In this document: positions 51,729-64,000 of the stretch, in pieces
How the letters are laid out: each line of letters starts with the position of its first letter
Position numbering within the stretch: the first letter of the stretch is position 1
NCBI RefSeq assembly: GCF_004010195.1
Contig: NC_057717.1
Location: forward strand, 73,726,399 to 73,790,398
Length of the DNA stretch: 64,000 nucleotides
DNA from: Chiloscyllium plagiosum
Taxonomy: Eukaryota
Direction of reading: 5' to 3'
Program-made: the position numbers and the translations under genes
Notes under the pieces: model-generated
The model's input: only the letters and a program-made list of their open reading frames with translations
Database searches by the model: none
What the model was told of the DNA's origin: nothing

Positions 51729-51837
51729 ATTCCTGATGAAGGGCTTTTGCTCCTCGGATGCTGCATGCACTGCTGTGCTTTTCCAGCACCTCTAATCCAG
51801 AATCCGGTTTCCAGCATCTGCTGACATTGTTTTTACC
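51729..51837 (+). mobile_element. Penelope-type end with half of the hammerhead deleted
   Basis: attcctgatgaagggcttttgc|tcctcggatgctgc...cagcatctg...cattgtttttacc; same family as the 37466-39335 unit. Confidence 0.75.
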
Positions 51838-52578
51838 GACTTGAAAGAAAAGCACTATCAATATTCCAATAATTAAATTTGTCCAGCCAACTGAGCGCTC
51901 CTTGACATATACTTAGATGGTTAAGGGCTCCTACCCTCTGATGTGCAGAATCCCATTCATCCTCAAAGTCCAAGCTAAACAAATATGCACCATCTCAGGT
52001 TTTGATGTTTTATTGTTCTGAGATAATGACTCTTTGTCTTTGGTTCCCCATCTGAGGAAACATTCGCCTAGCATGGTCATGATTTGTTTCTTATGAATTG
52101 TGCATGTTTAAGTGAGACCTCATCTCATTCTTCTCACTCAAAAGGAAGATGGGTCCATTCAAGTGACTACCGTTTCATAGAACAGTTTTGCATGCTGGGG
52201 TTCTATCCGTGAATCAATTTGACAATCACGGTAGGGCAGGTATGTTCTCCCTTTGGCAAGCAATATAAAGATGCACACCATGCTCCAGGCGTTGCCTCAC
52301 AGAGCCGTTTTCTAATTTAGTTAGTCTCATTTAGTTAGTGGCTGGATGGCTGCTTTACAATGGACAATAATTGCAACAGAGCGCATTCCATTCACACACT
52401 GGCTGAAATTACCATGATGGTTTCCTCTTCTCAACCTTTCTCTCGCCTCAGGTTAAACCACAAGAAATCTTCCATCTTTGCCTATTAGGGCTATAGGAAC
52501 ATTACACTTTTACCAAATCACAATTCATTTTGTAACACAATCTGAAATCCGTTTACCTTTGATCTCCTTAGACTGATA

Positions 52579-52603
52579 AATGAATGAATGAATGAATGAA
52601 TGA
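52579..52603. repeat. (GAAT)n microsatellite
   Basis: Direct reading. Confidence 0.85.
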
Positions 52604-52993
52604 AGAAAAGGTTGAACGGTTTTGCCCAACGAACAATCCAAAAAGGGTCCTGCTTTCTTTGGACTGTGCTTAACACAAGTAAAAAAGCAAGCATTAATAA
52701 CGACTGACAGCATAACAATGAACATGACAAAATAACATCAGGACCATTTCTGGTCACAGTGGAATTGCATATGGCCTACATTGGGCAACGCTTGTTTTCT
52801 TTCCCAAAACTGATTTTGTTTTTGCATCTGGTGTTTGATCATTTTGAGTTGGCTGTTGCAGGATTCATTCAACGATAGTATGAGAAGCAAATTGATTAAG
52901 GCTTCCTCTTCCCCCAGCTTACTCTGCAGGTAATTTGTTTTGAGCGGAACTGGGTTTGTGTTTGCCCTGTCACTTGCAGTATTCACAGATGAT

Positions 52994-53062
52994 CTCTCTC
53001 TCTATCTCTCTCACACACACGCATACACACACACACAAACACACACACACAAACACACGCAC
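52994..53062. repeat. (CT)n(CA)n compound microsatellite
   Basis: Direct reading. Confidence 0.9.
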
Positions 53063-53699
53063 CTTCCTATCCACATACAATGACATTGTTACCCACAAAC
53101 ATATATGGCAAAGATAGAAGACTTATTCTGGTTTAACCTAAGGTTCACAACACTGCAGGTGAGAGAACCGTGTCTAACGTCCAAGTCCAAACGTGCACTC
53201 TAGACAATGCATGTCGTCCAGACACACAGATGTACACATACACATGCTCAAGCAATTTTCATTATATAATTGTACTGCTTCACACCATCATATCTACCTC
53301 TCTCACATGTTCACACAACGACAGTCCCTCTCATTTCATTGCATCCACATAAAGCTCGCCCTCAATAACATTAAACTTTGACACACATGCACTCCCGAAT
53401 AATTTAAAGCCTGTGCAGTTTTGCAACCCTTACTCTACCAGATTGACTCCAAGTTCTTGTTCCAGAGTTATATTTATTCTGGGCTCCTACCACTGGATTG
53501 TAAATTGCACATGCCAATCCCTCTTTCTAATATGTGTAAAAGAGGAACACCGGAGAATTACATATGACTCAGTATGACATCTGTGTTGAGGCAATTGTTG
53601 GAGTCTATTATCAAGGGTGGCGTAGGTGAACATCTCAATATGTTGCAAACAATCATGGAAAGCCAGCATGGACGCATATCAGGTAACTCCTGAGACATT

Positions 53700-54130
53700 C
53701 TTTTGAGATTTATTTAAGAGGTGACGAAGGTAAGTAGACAGGGAACCCTGAAGACCTCCGGACTTGAATAATTTTAGAACTGGAACGCCCTCCTGTCCAG
53801 GCCCCTATCACACAGACACAACAGTCCATGTCATCAGACAGTTCTCAACTGCATATTGTTAGCCGTTAACAGTGCCGATTAACAACTATTTATTCTCCCA
53901 GCCTGATTATTATCGAGTCGTTTGGCTGTCGAACTTTTCGCTCTGATTGGGGTCTATCCTGTTGACTCCTGACCCCCACTTTCTGCATATGAACTGATAT
54001 TTGCTTGGAAACCATCACATCTAAGGAAGCGTCACCGGACCCAGAACATTAACTTTGATTTCGCTTCACACATGCTGTCAGACCTGCTGAGCTTTTCAGG
54101 TAACCTCCGCTTTTGTTTTTGAATTTCAGT
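53700..54130 (+). mobile_element. Decayed Penelope-type 3' end
   Basis: ctaaggaagcgtcaccggacccagaacattaactttgatt...gacctgctgagctttt; eroded hammerhead region. Confidence 0.5.
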
Positions 54131-54228
54131 CGATGTTGTTCACATGGAAGGCATCTGACCAATCCCTGCATTCGTAAAGGTCATTAATTAAGAAAGAATC
54201 CCACAAAGTGAATGAATAATTGCTGACA

Positions 54229-56425
54229 TGTTTTATGGACCAGAACATTTCAAGAATATTTCAAGAAGGTAGCCTAGTCCCTAGGTTAGGTTACCTCATT
54301 TCAGGCTAGGTGTAAAGCACAATTTTCCAAATGTTCTACAAATGGTCAACAAATTTGACGTTAAGCAAAACACATTTTATTCAAACACTTTAGTTAAAAT
54401 GCCAATAAAAGAATGAGAATTACAATAAATTTTTGGAACACATAACCAAAGAACAGATCATGTAATTATTACTAATTAACTGTTTCAATGTGGTAACATT
54501 GGATAAGCCCACTCCTTCGCGAAAAGGGAATTCAAACACAGATTTTCACATGCAGTTCTCCAATCCGAAAAGGCAAATTCAGAGATGGTGGGATCTCGGA
54601 AACACTCACTGAAACTTCCCACTGTTTTGAGATCCAAATATCTGCTTATGCCATTGAAAAACAAAAATACAGAAATCTGGATTTGTGAGAGTGGGCCACA
54701 CTCATTCAGGCTGTTACAAAATGGACTCCTCAGTTGTCTAACCTTGTGGTTCTGGCGGCTTGCTCTGCGCCTCTGCCTTACAATATGTCTTCAAAAAAGC
54801 ACAAAATAAGTTCTTATGGTAATAGTATCAGCATGTCTCTGCACCTAAAAAAGAATGAATCGTTAACATACAAAGATGGCTTCATTCAAAAACATTTTTT
54901 CTTACTCTATTCGTGCACTTTGCATTACGATGACTCTTAACAAATATTCACTACGAAAATCTATTTCATTCCATTTACTGCCACCGCTGATTGCCTCCAG
55001 ATTGGTTTGTCAGAGTCATGACAATGCATCAACAAATAAGTCTTCATATACTGCCGCATATATATATATATATTTTTTTTTTTAATTCAATGGCTACAAT
55101 AATAAGCTGCATCTCAACAGTCTGGAACTTTTATCCATAAATTTCTCCGTACTTTTATTGGATTATAATCAGTACATATAATTGTCACAGGCACATTTCT
55201 GGCATTATAAATGTTGAAATATTGCAATGCCAATATCAAGCTCAAGGTTTCGTTCTCAATCGTGGAATATTCTGTTGATGAATATTTAATTTTCTTGGAA
55301 AATGCCCAATTGGTATTTCTTTCTTCTGGTCATCTTCATGCAATAGCACAATATCGACACCCGCATCACATGCTTAGATATCCGCCTTGAATGGAACAGC
55401 GCAATTAGGAGTGCCGAACACTAGGTGAGTGATTAACACAGCATCCAGGTTGTGAAATGGCTTTTCACGGTCTGCACTCAACTGACATGTCCTGCACTTC
55501 CTCACTAAGTCAGTCAGTGAAGCAACGACTCTGCTAAACTTCAGCGTGGTGTTAAGATATAAAAGTGACTTGAGAGTACTAAAAATGGTAAGTATGGCTT
55601 TTAGATTATCAAATGCTCCTGGCATTGTTCTGTTAACCGAAAAACTGTGTTCTTTAGTAAGTCTGTTAACGCTGCTGAAGTTTGCAAAAACTTCCCGATA
55701 GAATCTGCTTAGTCCCAAAAATCCAAGCACATCTTTCTTGGAGGATGCTCGTGGAAAATCCGCGAAGGTCTTCATCTTCGCATTCTTGGAGATCATCCTT
55801 CCATATCCGATGTTATGTCCCAAGAATGTCACCTCTGCCTTTGCGAATTCTGTTTTCTTAAAGTTTATTACAAGATTTACTCCTCGTTATCATTCAAACA
55901 GCTCTGACAAATATACAATTTGATATTTCCATGATTCGCTAAAAATCACTGCTTCATCCAGATAAACTGCACAATTTATTAATACGGCCACAATTTTATG
56001 CATGCGTCTTTGGAATGTGGCTGGTGCACTCCAGTTCAAAAGGGCATCACGGTGAATTAATACAACTCATTTATGGTAACAAATGCAGAAACTTCTTTCC
56101 TTTGCCACCGTTCTTCCTGACTAAACTTTTCCAACAGACATGAAGTGATTATAGAGATCAGACACTAACTCAATACCCAGCCCCTGCTCAGGCTGTGCAA
56201 TCTCCTGCAGCTCCTCAACTTTTCTGAGGGTTTCCTTTATTATATCAACTAATCCCACTGGTTTAGTCTCCCTTATCCATCTTTTCCAACAGTGCCTTTC
56301 TTCAACGACGAGTACTGTGACTTTACAAGTCCCATCTCACGACAGTGGAATCACCTGAGGCCTTTTCACCTCATTTTCAACCGCTTGGGCTTCTTTTATC
56401 ACCTGTGGTAAACTATTACCAGTGT
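54229..56425 (-). mobile_element. Gypsy/Ty3 LTR retrotransposon remnant (LTR ~54229-54870, decayed pol RT-RNaseH ~55180-56100)
   Basis: Minus strand: APATFQRRM, VYLDEAVIFS, VTFLGHNIG, VLGFLGLSRFYR, PFKAD and YSTIENETL. Confidence 0.8.
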
Positions 56426-56427
56426 CA

Positions 56428-56668
56428 TTAGATTAGATTCCCTACAGTGCGGAAACAGGTCCTTCCGGCCCCATCAGTCCACACCGACCTTACGAAGAGT
56501 AACCCACCCAGACCCGTTTCCCTCTGACTAATTCACCGAACACTATGGGCAATTTAGCATGGTTAATTCAACTGATCTGCACATCTTTGGATTGTGGGAG
56601 GAAAAGGGAGCACCCAGAGCAAACCCACGCAGACACGGGGAGAATATGCAAACTCCATCCAGGCAGTA
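56428..56668 (-). mobile_element. HE1-type SINE, 5'-truncated
   Basis: Homologous to 27856-28060, including the (TAATC) tail. Confidence 0.85.
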
Positions 56669-56886
56669 TTTGTTTTGTCGTGAAGGACTTTCTCTTCTCC
56701 CAGTTTCTGTCTGTCACTAGACGAAATTACTGTCGCAAACTAAATTTCACGTTACACACTAATACATATCCGTAGAACATAGAATACAGAAGATAGAAAC
56801 TTATAATGCAGTACAGGCGATTTGGCCCTCGATGTTGTATCAACCTGTGGAACCAATCTCAAGCCTATCTGTCTGACACTATTCCA

Positions 56887-59738
56887 TCCAGATACCATCC
56901 AGAGGGTGGTTAGTGGTTAAAAAAGGAGGGGGTGTGGCGTTGCTAATTAGAAATGGTGTAATGGCTGCAGAAAGCCAGTTCGAGGGGCATCTGCTTTTGG
57001 AGGTAGTATGGGCTGAAGTCAGAAATAGGAAAGGAGCAGTCACCTTGTTGGGGGTTTACTATAGGCCCCCCAATAGCAGCGGAGATGTGAAGAAACAGAT
57101 TGGGAAACAGATTTTGGACTGGTGCAGAAGCCACAGGGTAGTAGTCATGGGCGATTTCAACTTCCCAAATATTGATTGGAAGCTCTTTAGATCAAGTAGA
57201 TTGGATGGGGCAGTGTTTGTGCAGTGTTTCCAGGAAGCTTTTCTAACCCAGTATGTAGATTGTCCGACCAGAGGGGAGGCCATTTTGGATTTGGTACTCT
57301 GTAATGAACCGGGACAAGTGATGNNNNNNNNNNNNNNNNNNNNNNNNNNNNNNNNNNNNNNNNNNNNNNNNNNNNNNNNNNNNNNNNNNNNNNNNNNNNN
57401 NNNNNNNNNNNNNNNNNNNNNNNNNNNNNNNNNNNNNNNNNNNNNNNNNNNNNNNNNNNNNNNNNNNNNNNNNNNNNNNNNNNNNNNNNNNNNNNNNNNN
57501 NNNNNNNNNNNNNNNNNNNNNNNNNNNNNNNNNNNNNNNNNNNNNNNNNNNNNNNNNNNNNNNNNNNNNNNNNNNNNNNNNNNNNNNNNNNNNNNNNNNN
57601 NNNNNNNNNNNNNNNNNNNNNNNNNNNNNNNNNNNNNNNNNNNNNNNNNNNNNNNNNNNNNNNNNNNNNNNNNNNNNNNNNNNNNNNNNNNNNNNNNNNN
57701 NNNNNNNNNNNNNNNNNNNNNNNNNNNNNNNNNNNNNNNNNNNNNNNNNNNNNNNNNNNNNNNNCCTTGGTTGACGAGGGAGGTTGAATGTCTTGTAAGG
57801 AGAAAGAAGGAGTCTTACATAAGGTTGAGGAAACAAGATTCAGACAGAGCGTTGGAGGGATACAGGATAGCCAGAAGGGACCTGAAGAAAGGGATTAGGA
57901 GAGCTAAGAGAGGGCATGAAAAATCGTTGGCGGATAGGATCAAGGATAACCCCAAGGCATTTTATGCGTATGTGAGAAACATGAGAATGACAAGAACGAG
58001 TGTAGGTCCGATCAAGGACAGTAGTGGGAGACTGTGTTTTGAGTCGGAAGAGATAGGAGAGGTCTTGAACAAGTACTTCTCTTCAGTATTTACGAACGGG
58101 AGGGACCGTATTGTAGAAGAGGAGAGTGTGAAATGGACTGGTAAGCTAGAAGAGATACCTGTTAGGAAGGAAGATGTGTTGGACATTTTGAACAACTTGA
58201 GGATAGACAAGTCCCCCGGGCCTGACGGGATATATGCTAGGATTATGTGGGAAGCAAGAGAGGAAATTTCAGTGCCGTTGGCAATGATCTTCTCGTCTTC
58301 ACTGGCAACGGGGGTGGTACCAGGGGACTGGAGAGTAGCGAATGTTGTGCCTCTGTTCAAAAAAGGGAATAGGGATAACCCCGGGAATTACAGGCCTGTT
58401 AGTCTTACTTCTGTGGTAGGCAAAGTAATGGAAAGGGTACTGAGGGATAGGATTTATGAGTATCTGGAAGGTCACTGCTTGATTAGGGACAGCCAGCATG
58501 GATTTGTGAGGGGTAGGTCTTGCCTTACAAGTCTTATTGAATTCTTCGAGGAGGTGACCAAGCATGTGGATGAGGGTAGAGCAGTATACATGGATTTTCG
58601 TCAGGCATTTGATAAGGTTCCCCATGGTAGGCTTATGTGGAAAGTCAGGAGGCATGGGATAGAGGGAAATTTGGCCAATTGGATAGAAAACTGGCTAACT
58701 GGTCGAAGTCGGAGAGTGGTGGTAGATGGTAAATATTCAGCCTGGAGCCCAGTTACAAGTGGAGTTCCGCAGGGATCAGTTCTGGGTCCTCTGCTGTTTG
58801 TAATTTTTATTAATGACTTAGATGAGGGAGTCGAAGGGTGGGTCAGTAAATTTGGAGATGATACGAAGATAGGTGGAGTTGTGGACAGTGAGGAGGGCTG
58901 TTGTCGGCTGCAGAGGGACTTAGATATGATGCAAAGTTGGGCTGAGGAGTGGCAGATGGAGTTCAACCCTGCCTAGTGTGAGGTTGTCCATTTTGGAAGA
59001 ACAAATAAGAATGCGGAATACAGGGTTAATGGTAGGGTTCTTAGTCAGGTGGAGGAACAGAGGGATCTTGGGGTCTATGTACATAGATCTTTGAAGGTTG
59101 CCACTCAGGTGGATAGAGTTTGTAAGAAGGTCTATGGAGTATTATCGTTCATTAGCAGAGGGATTGAATTCAAGAGTCGTGAAGTGATGTTGCAGCTGTA
59201 CAGGACTTTGGTTAGGCCACAGTTGGAGTACTGTGTGCAGTTCTGGTCGCCTCACTTTAGGAAAGATGTGGAAGCTTTGGAGAGGGTGCAGAGAAGGTTT
59301 ACCAGGATGTTGCCTGGAATGGAGAGGAAGTCGTACGGGGATAGGTTGAGAGTTCTCGGCCTTTTCTTGTTGGAACGGCGAAGGATGAGGGGTGACTTGC
59401 TAGAGGTTTATAAGATGATCAGAGGAATAGATAGAGTAGACAGTCAGAGACTTTTTTCCCGGGTACAACAGAGTGTTACAAGGGGACATAAATTTAAGGT
59501 GAAGGGTGGAAGGTATAGGGGGGATGTCAGGGGTATGTTCTTTACCCAGAGAGTGGTGGGGGCATGGAATGTGCTGCCTGTGGGAGTGGCAGAGTCAGAA
59601 TCATTGGTGACCTTTAAGTGGCAATTGGATAGGTACATGGATAGGTGCTTAAGCTAGGACAAATGTTCGGCACAACATCGTGGGCCAAAGGGCCTGTTCT
59701 GTGCTGTATTGTTCTATGTTCTATGTTCTATGTTCTAT
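56887..59738 (+). mobile_element. Young 5'-truncated CR1 LINE (EN-RT ORF2, one in-frame stop at 58974)
   Basis: ORFs 56913-58976 and 59049-59657 with [23 protein letters not shown] and FGDDTK; (TGTTCTA)4 tail at 59710-59737. Confidence 0.95.
57324..57764. other. Assembly gap (441 N)
   Basis: N run. Confidence 1.
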
Positions 59739-62700
59739 TTTAAGCCATATGACCCTTTAAATGCCCTTAAACTTGGCAAGTCTACTACCGTTGCAGGCCC
59801 AACTACTCTCTGACTAAAGATACTAACTCAAACGATTGTCCCATATCAATCTCTCCTCAATTTGAAGTTATGTCCAATCATGCTGGTCATCACCATTCGA
59901 GAAAAAATGTTCTCACTGTCCATCCCATCTAACCCTCTGATTATCTTTTCTGTCTCAATGAAGTCACCTCTCATCCTTCTTCTCTCGAACGAAAATAGCT
60001 TCATGTCCGCAGCGTTTCCTCATAAAACCCTCCCTCCATACGAGGCTATATCCTGGCAAACCTCCTCTGAATCATTTCCATAGCTTCTACGCACTTCCTG
60101 TAATGCCAGAACTGTATGTAATGCTCAAAATGCGGCCACACTAGAGTTACGGACTGCTGCAGCATGACCTCGTGGCTCTGAATCTCAATCACTCTACCAT
60201 TAAAAGTTATCCACTGTATGCCTACGTAACAAACCTACCAACCCAATGGCAACCTTCAGGAATCTATGTACATGGACATTGAGATCTCTCTGTTCACCTA
60301 CACTACCAAGAATCTTACGATTAACCCAGCACTTTTTATTCCTGTTACTTCTTTCAATGTGAATAATCTCCAATTAAACTCCAATTGCCACCTCTCAGCC
60401 CAGCTCTGCAGCTTACTTATGTTCCGCTGTAACCTGCAACATCCTTCAGCGCTATCCACAACTCCACCGACCTCAGTGTCATCCGCAAATTTAGTAACCA
60501 ATCTTTCTACACCCTCATCCAGCTCACTTATAAAAATGTGAAATGGCAGTGGACCCAAAACAGATCTTTACGACACACCACTCGTAACTGAACTCCAGGA
60601 TGAATATTTCCCATCAACCACCACCCTCTACATCTTTCAGCTAGCCAATTTCCTATCCAAACCATTAAATTGCCCTCAATCTCATTTCTCCATATTTTGT
60701 GCAATAGCCGACCATGGTAAACCTTATCAAACGCCATACGGAAATCCATATACACACATCAGCCGCTTTACCCTTATCCACCTGCATGTTCACCATCTCA
60801 AAGAACTCAAAAAGTTTTGTGAAGCATGACCAACCCTTCGCAAAATCGTGTTGACTATTTCTAATAAAATTATTCCTCTCTGGAATATAAATTCTATCTC
60901 TTATGAACTTTTCTGCCACTTTACATGCATTACATGCTCACTGGTCCATAATTATCTGCATTTTCTCTACTCACCTTCTTGTACAAAGGGACAACATTTG
61001 CTATCCTCCAGTCTGCTGGTACTACTCCTGTACACAATGACTGCATAAACATTAAAGCCAAAGACTTTCTAATCACGTCGCTGACATCCCAGTGAATCCT
61101 AGGGTAAATCTCATCCGGCCAAGGGGACATATATTTTAACACTTTCTAGAATTGCTAGCACCTCTTCCTTGTAAACCTCAACCCCACCTAGTCGAGTAGC
61201 ATGTATCTCAGAGTTCTCCTCGACAACATTGTCTTTTCTCCAGTGTGAATACCGACAAAAAACATTCATTTAAGGCTTCCCCTCTCTCCTCAGACTCCAC
61301 ACGAATATTCCCACTACTGTTCTTGATTGGTCTGAATCTTTCTCCAGTCATTCTTTTATACTGATATATCTATAGTAAGTTTTAAAGCTTTCCTTGAGCC
61401 AATCTGCCAAAGACATGGTCCGTCCTGTTTCTTCTTAGCTTTCTATTTTGGTCAGGGCTCTTTTGGAGCTCAGCTCCTTCAGCTGAAAGCTAATGCTTCC
61501 AAATAAATCTGTTGGACTATAGCCTATTGTTGTGAAATTTTTAGTTTTGTACACCCCAGTCCAACACCGGCACCTCCAAATCATCATTATCAAGGACACA
61601 GCAGCTTTTCCTTGAATAAGCACCACATTTCAATTGTCCCCATCCCCTGCTGTTTCCTTCCCCACCTAAATTTTGCCTAATTGCATCATAATTGGTTTTC
61701 CATCGGTTATAAATTTGGCCCTGTCTTATTTACCTATCCCTTTCCATCGCTAAAGTAAACATAACCAATTGTGGTCACTGTCACCAAAGTGCTCGCCTAC
61801 CTCCAAATCTTACACCTGGTCAGTTTCATTACTCAGTACCAAATTCAATGTGGCCTCGACTCATATTGGCTTGTCAACGTACTGTGTCAGGAAACCGACG
61901 TGCACATATTGGACAAAAACGGACCCACCAACATTACTAGAACTACAGTATTTCCAGTCAGTATTTGAAACATGAATGTCCCCCATAACAACTACCCTGT
62001 TCCTCTCGCTCCTATCCTGAGTTATCTTTACTATCCTTTCATCGGCATCTTTGGAACTATTAGGAGTCCGAAAGAAAACGCCCAACAGGCTGACCTCTCC
62101 TTTGCTGTTTCTAACTTCAGCCCTCACTACCTCAGTAGATGAGTCCTCAAACGTTCGTTCTGCCAGCCTAATATTGTCCAAAAAGACGACAACATCAAAG
62201 TCTCAGGTACCAATCTATGCTGCAAGCTCACCCGCCTTATTCCTGATGCTCCTGGCTATGAAGTAGACACACGTCAAGCCAGCATCCTGCTTGTCCGTGA
62301 ATTCTTGCCATCATTTTTGACCTCATTACTCTTAACCTCCTTGACGCTGGAACTGCAATTTAGGTTCCCATCCCCGTGCTGAATTAGTTTTAACCCTCCT
62401 GAAGAGCATTAGCAAACCACCCTCCTCCCCCAGGTTATTGGTACCCCTCTGGTTAAGACGTATACCATCCTGTTTGGAGAAGTCTCATTGACCACAGAAT
62501 GTTCTCCAGTTATCGAGGTTTCCTAAACTGTTCCTCCTGCACCATCCTTGTAGCCACGTGTTCAACTGCTCTCTTTCCTTGTTCCTCGAATCGATAGCAT
62601 GTGGCATGGGCAAAAAAAGCAGAGATAACAACTCTGTTTGTTCTCACACTAAACTTCCTCCCTCGCTCCCTGAATTGCTGTCTTAAATACCCATCCGTTT

Positions 62701-63554
62701 TCCTACCCATGTCGTTCGTGTATATGTGGACCATATGCACTAACGACTTGGGGCTGATCCACGTGCCATTCAAGGATCCCAAAAACACAATCAGAGACAT
62801 CAGAAACCCTGGCACCTGGGAGGCAACACACCAACCGTGAGACTATCGCGTTCCAATAGAACATCCTCTCTGTTCCCCCTAACTATGAAGTTCTCAATGA
62901 CTAATAATTTGCTCATTTCGCCCTTTCCCTCCTGAACAACAGGGACAGACTCTGTAACAAAGACCTGTAACCCATTGCTTGCCCCTGGATAGTGGTTCCC
63001 CCAACAGTATCCAAAACAGCATACTTACTGTTGAGGGGAACGGTCACAGGAGCTCCCTGCACAGCCTGTTGGTTCCCTTTCTGTCCCCGATTGTAACCCA
63101 TTTGCCTCGTTATTGCACCTTATGTGACCACCTTCTTGCAACTTCTCTCAATGTCTGCCTCAGCCTCCCGAATGATGCAATTTCAGACAGCTCCAGTTAC
63201 CTCACCCAGCTTTCGAGGAGCTGCAGTTGTGTGCACTTCCAGGAAATAAACTCAGCAGTGACACTGTTGGGGACAGTTACTCCGACATCGCGCAGAAGGA
63301 ACAATAAACTGCCCAAGCTGTCATTCACACAATTCCGAATTGCCAACAAGACAGCAGAAAAATAAAGAATATAAAAAGGAACTGATTACCCTACGACTCC
63401 AGCACACAGATCTTTATCTTGGTTAGAGGAGGTGGATGTGTGGAAGACGCAACCTAAGTAGTACTTTGGGTAATACAACCACTCAAATATGTTACTTCAC
63501 TTACTCAGTAATCCCGTGTCTGCTATTTCTCAACGTGCAATCCGCCTCTTCATG

Positions 63555-63830
63555 TGGTAAGTTTTTAAATCAGTGATTCACTGTCCCGCTCGTCCTGCTC
63601 CTGAAACAAAAATGGAAGGCACCGATGCTCAAGGTAATTTTTTAAAATCAGTGATTTGCCCTCCCGTCTGCCCGCTGGTCGACGCTTCCGCTCTTCCTGC
63701 TGCTGAAACCAAAATGGCGGGCCCGAACGTTCAAGGCAAGTTTTTAAATCAGTAATTCACCTTTCTGTCACCCCCCCACCCCACCCCCCGGTCAATGCTC
63801 CCGCTACCGTTGCTGAAACAAAAATGGAGC
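63555..63830 (-). promoter_or_regulatory. Three tandem CR1 5'-UTR monomers, CpG-containing, with YY1-like sites
   Basis: tttttaaatcagt..cccgct..ctgaaacaaaaatgg occurs three times; AAAATGGCGG at 63711-63720. Confidence 0.55.
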
Positions 63831-64000
63831 CTGTCCTCACCTGTTATCTCTGCCGCTCTTCTCACTTTTTGAACTTGCTGTTCATTCATATAATTTCTTC
63901 TTACCTCTGGAAGTGTGTTTTAAAACTCCTCCGACATAATTATCTCTGTTAAAGACTCAAATGCCTTATTTATTTTGAAGACCGCACCATCTATCAAAAT

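Larger units (their letters stand above)
56775..63830 (-). mobile_element. Older near-full-length CR1 (5' UTR, ORF1, ORF2), split by a younger + strand CR1
   Basis: Tail at 56775-56886, resuming at ~59740. RT (TKFADDTEVGG, YMDFRMAFDKV), EN (VVVMGD) and an ORF1 esterase-like segment (VHIYTNDMGRK, 62510-62815). Repeated 5' monomers at 63555-63830. Confidence 0.85.

Noticed and set aside
56913-58976. 687-aa ORF as an active or host gene
   Set aside because: 5'-truncated CR1 ORF2 spanning an N gap and ending at a premature stop.

Overview
Eukaryotic, repeat-rich DNA, most likely from an elasmobranch (shark/ray), inferred from HE1-type tRNA SINEs and shark-like CR1, Tx1 and Penelope elements. One host gene can be built by hand on the + strand (22773-28947, 6 coding exons, 299 aa). 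It encodes a non-rearranging immunoglobulin-superfamily receptor with antigen-receptor architecture: leader, germline-joined V+J exon (YYC...FGNGSKV), C1-type domain, Cys-containing stalk, uncharged TM, a CxCxxC juxtamembrane motif and a terminal TxYxxL motif. 1369-18980 (- strand) is a head-to-tail cluster of two decayed Tx1-clade LINEs. Each is preceded by copies of its own 3' end, including a 4.7-kb array of ~10-11 units that share one fixed boundary. Penelope-derived ends with minimal hammerhead ribozyme cores are scattered through the window; they include a TSD-bounded 1.87-kb multimer of an internally deleted ~476-bp monomer (37466-39335) and a 93-bp insertion with a complete-looking hammerhead (50241-50333). 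The rest is nested CR1/L2-type LINEs, SINEs, Gypsy LTRs with a pol remnant, microsatellites and a 441-nt assembly gap. All calls are by eye; most TE boundaries are approximate.
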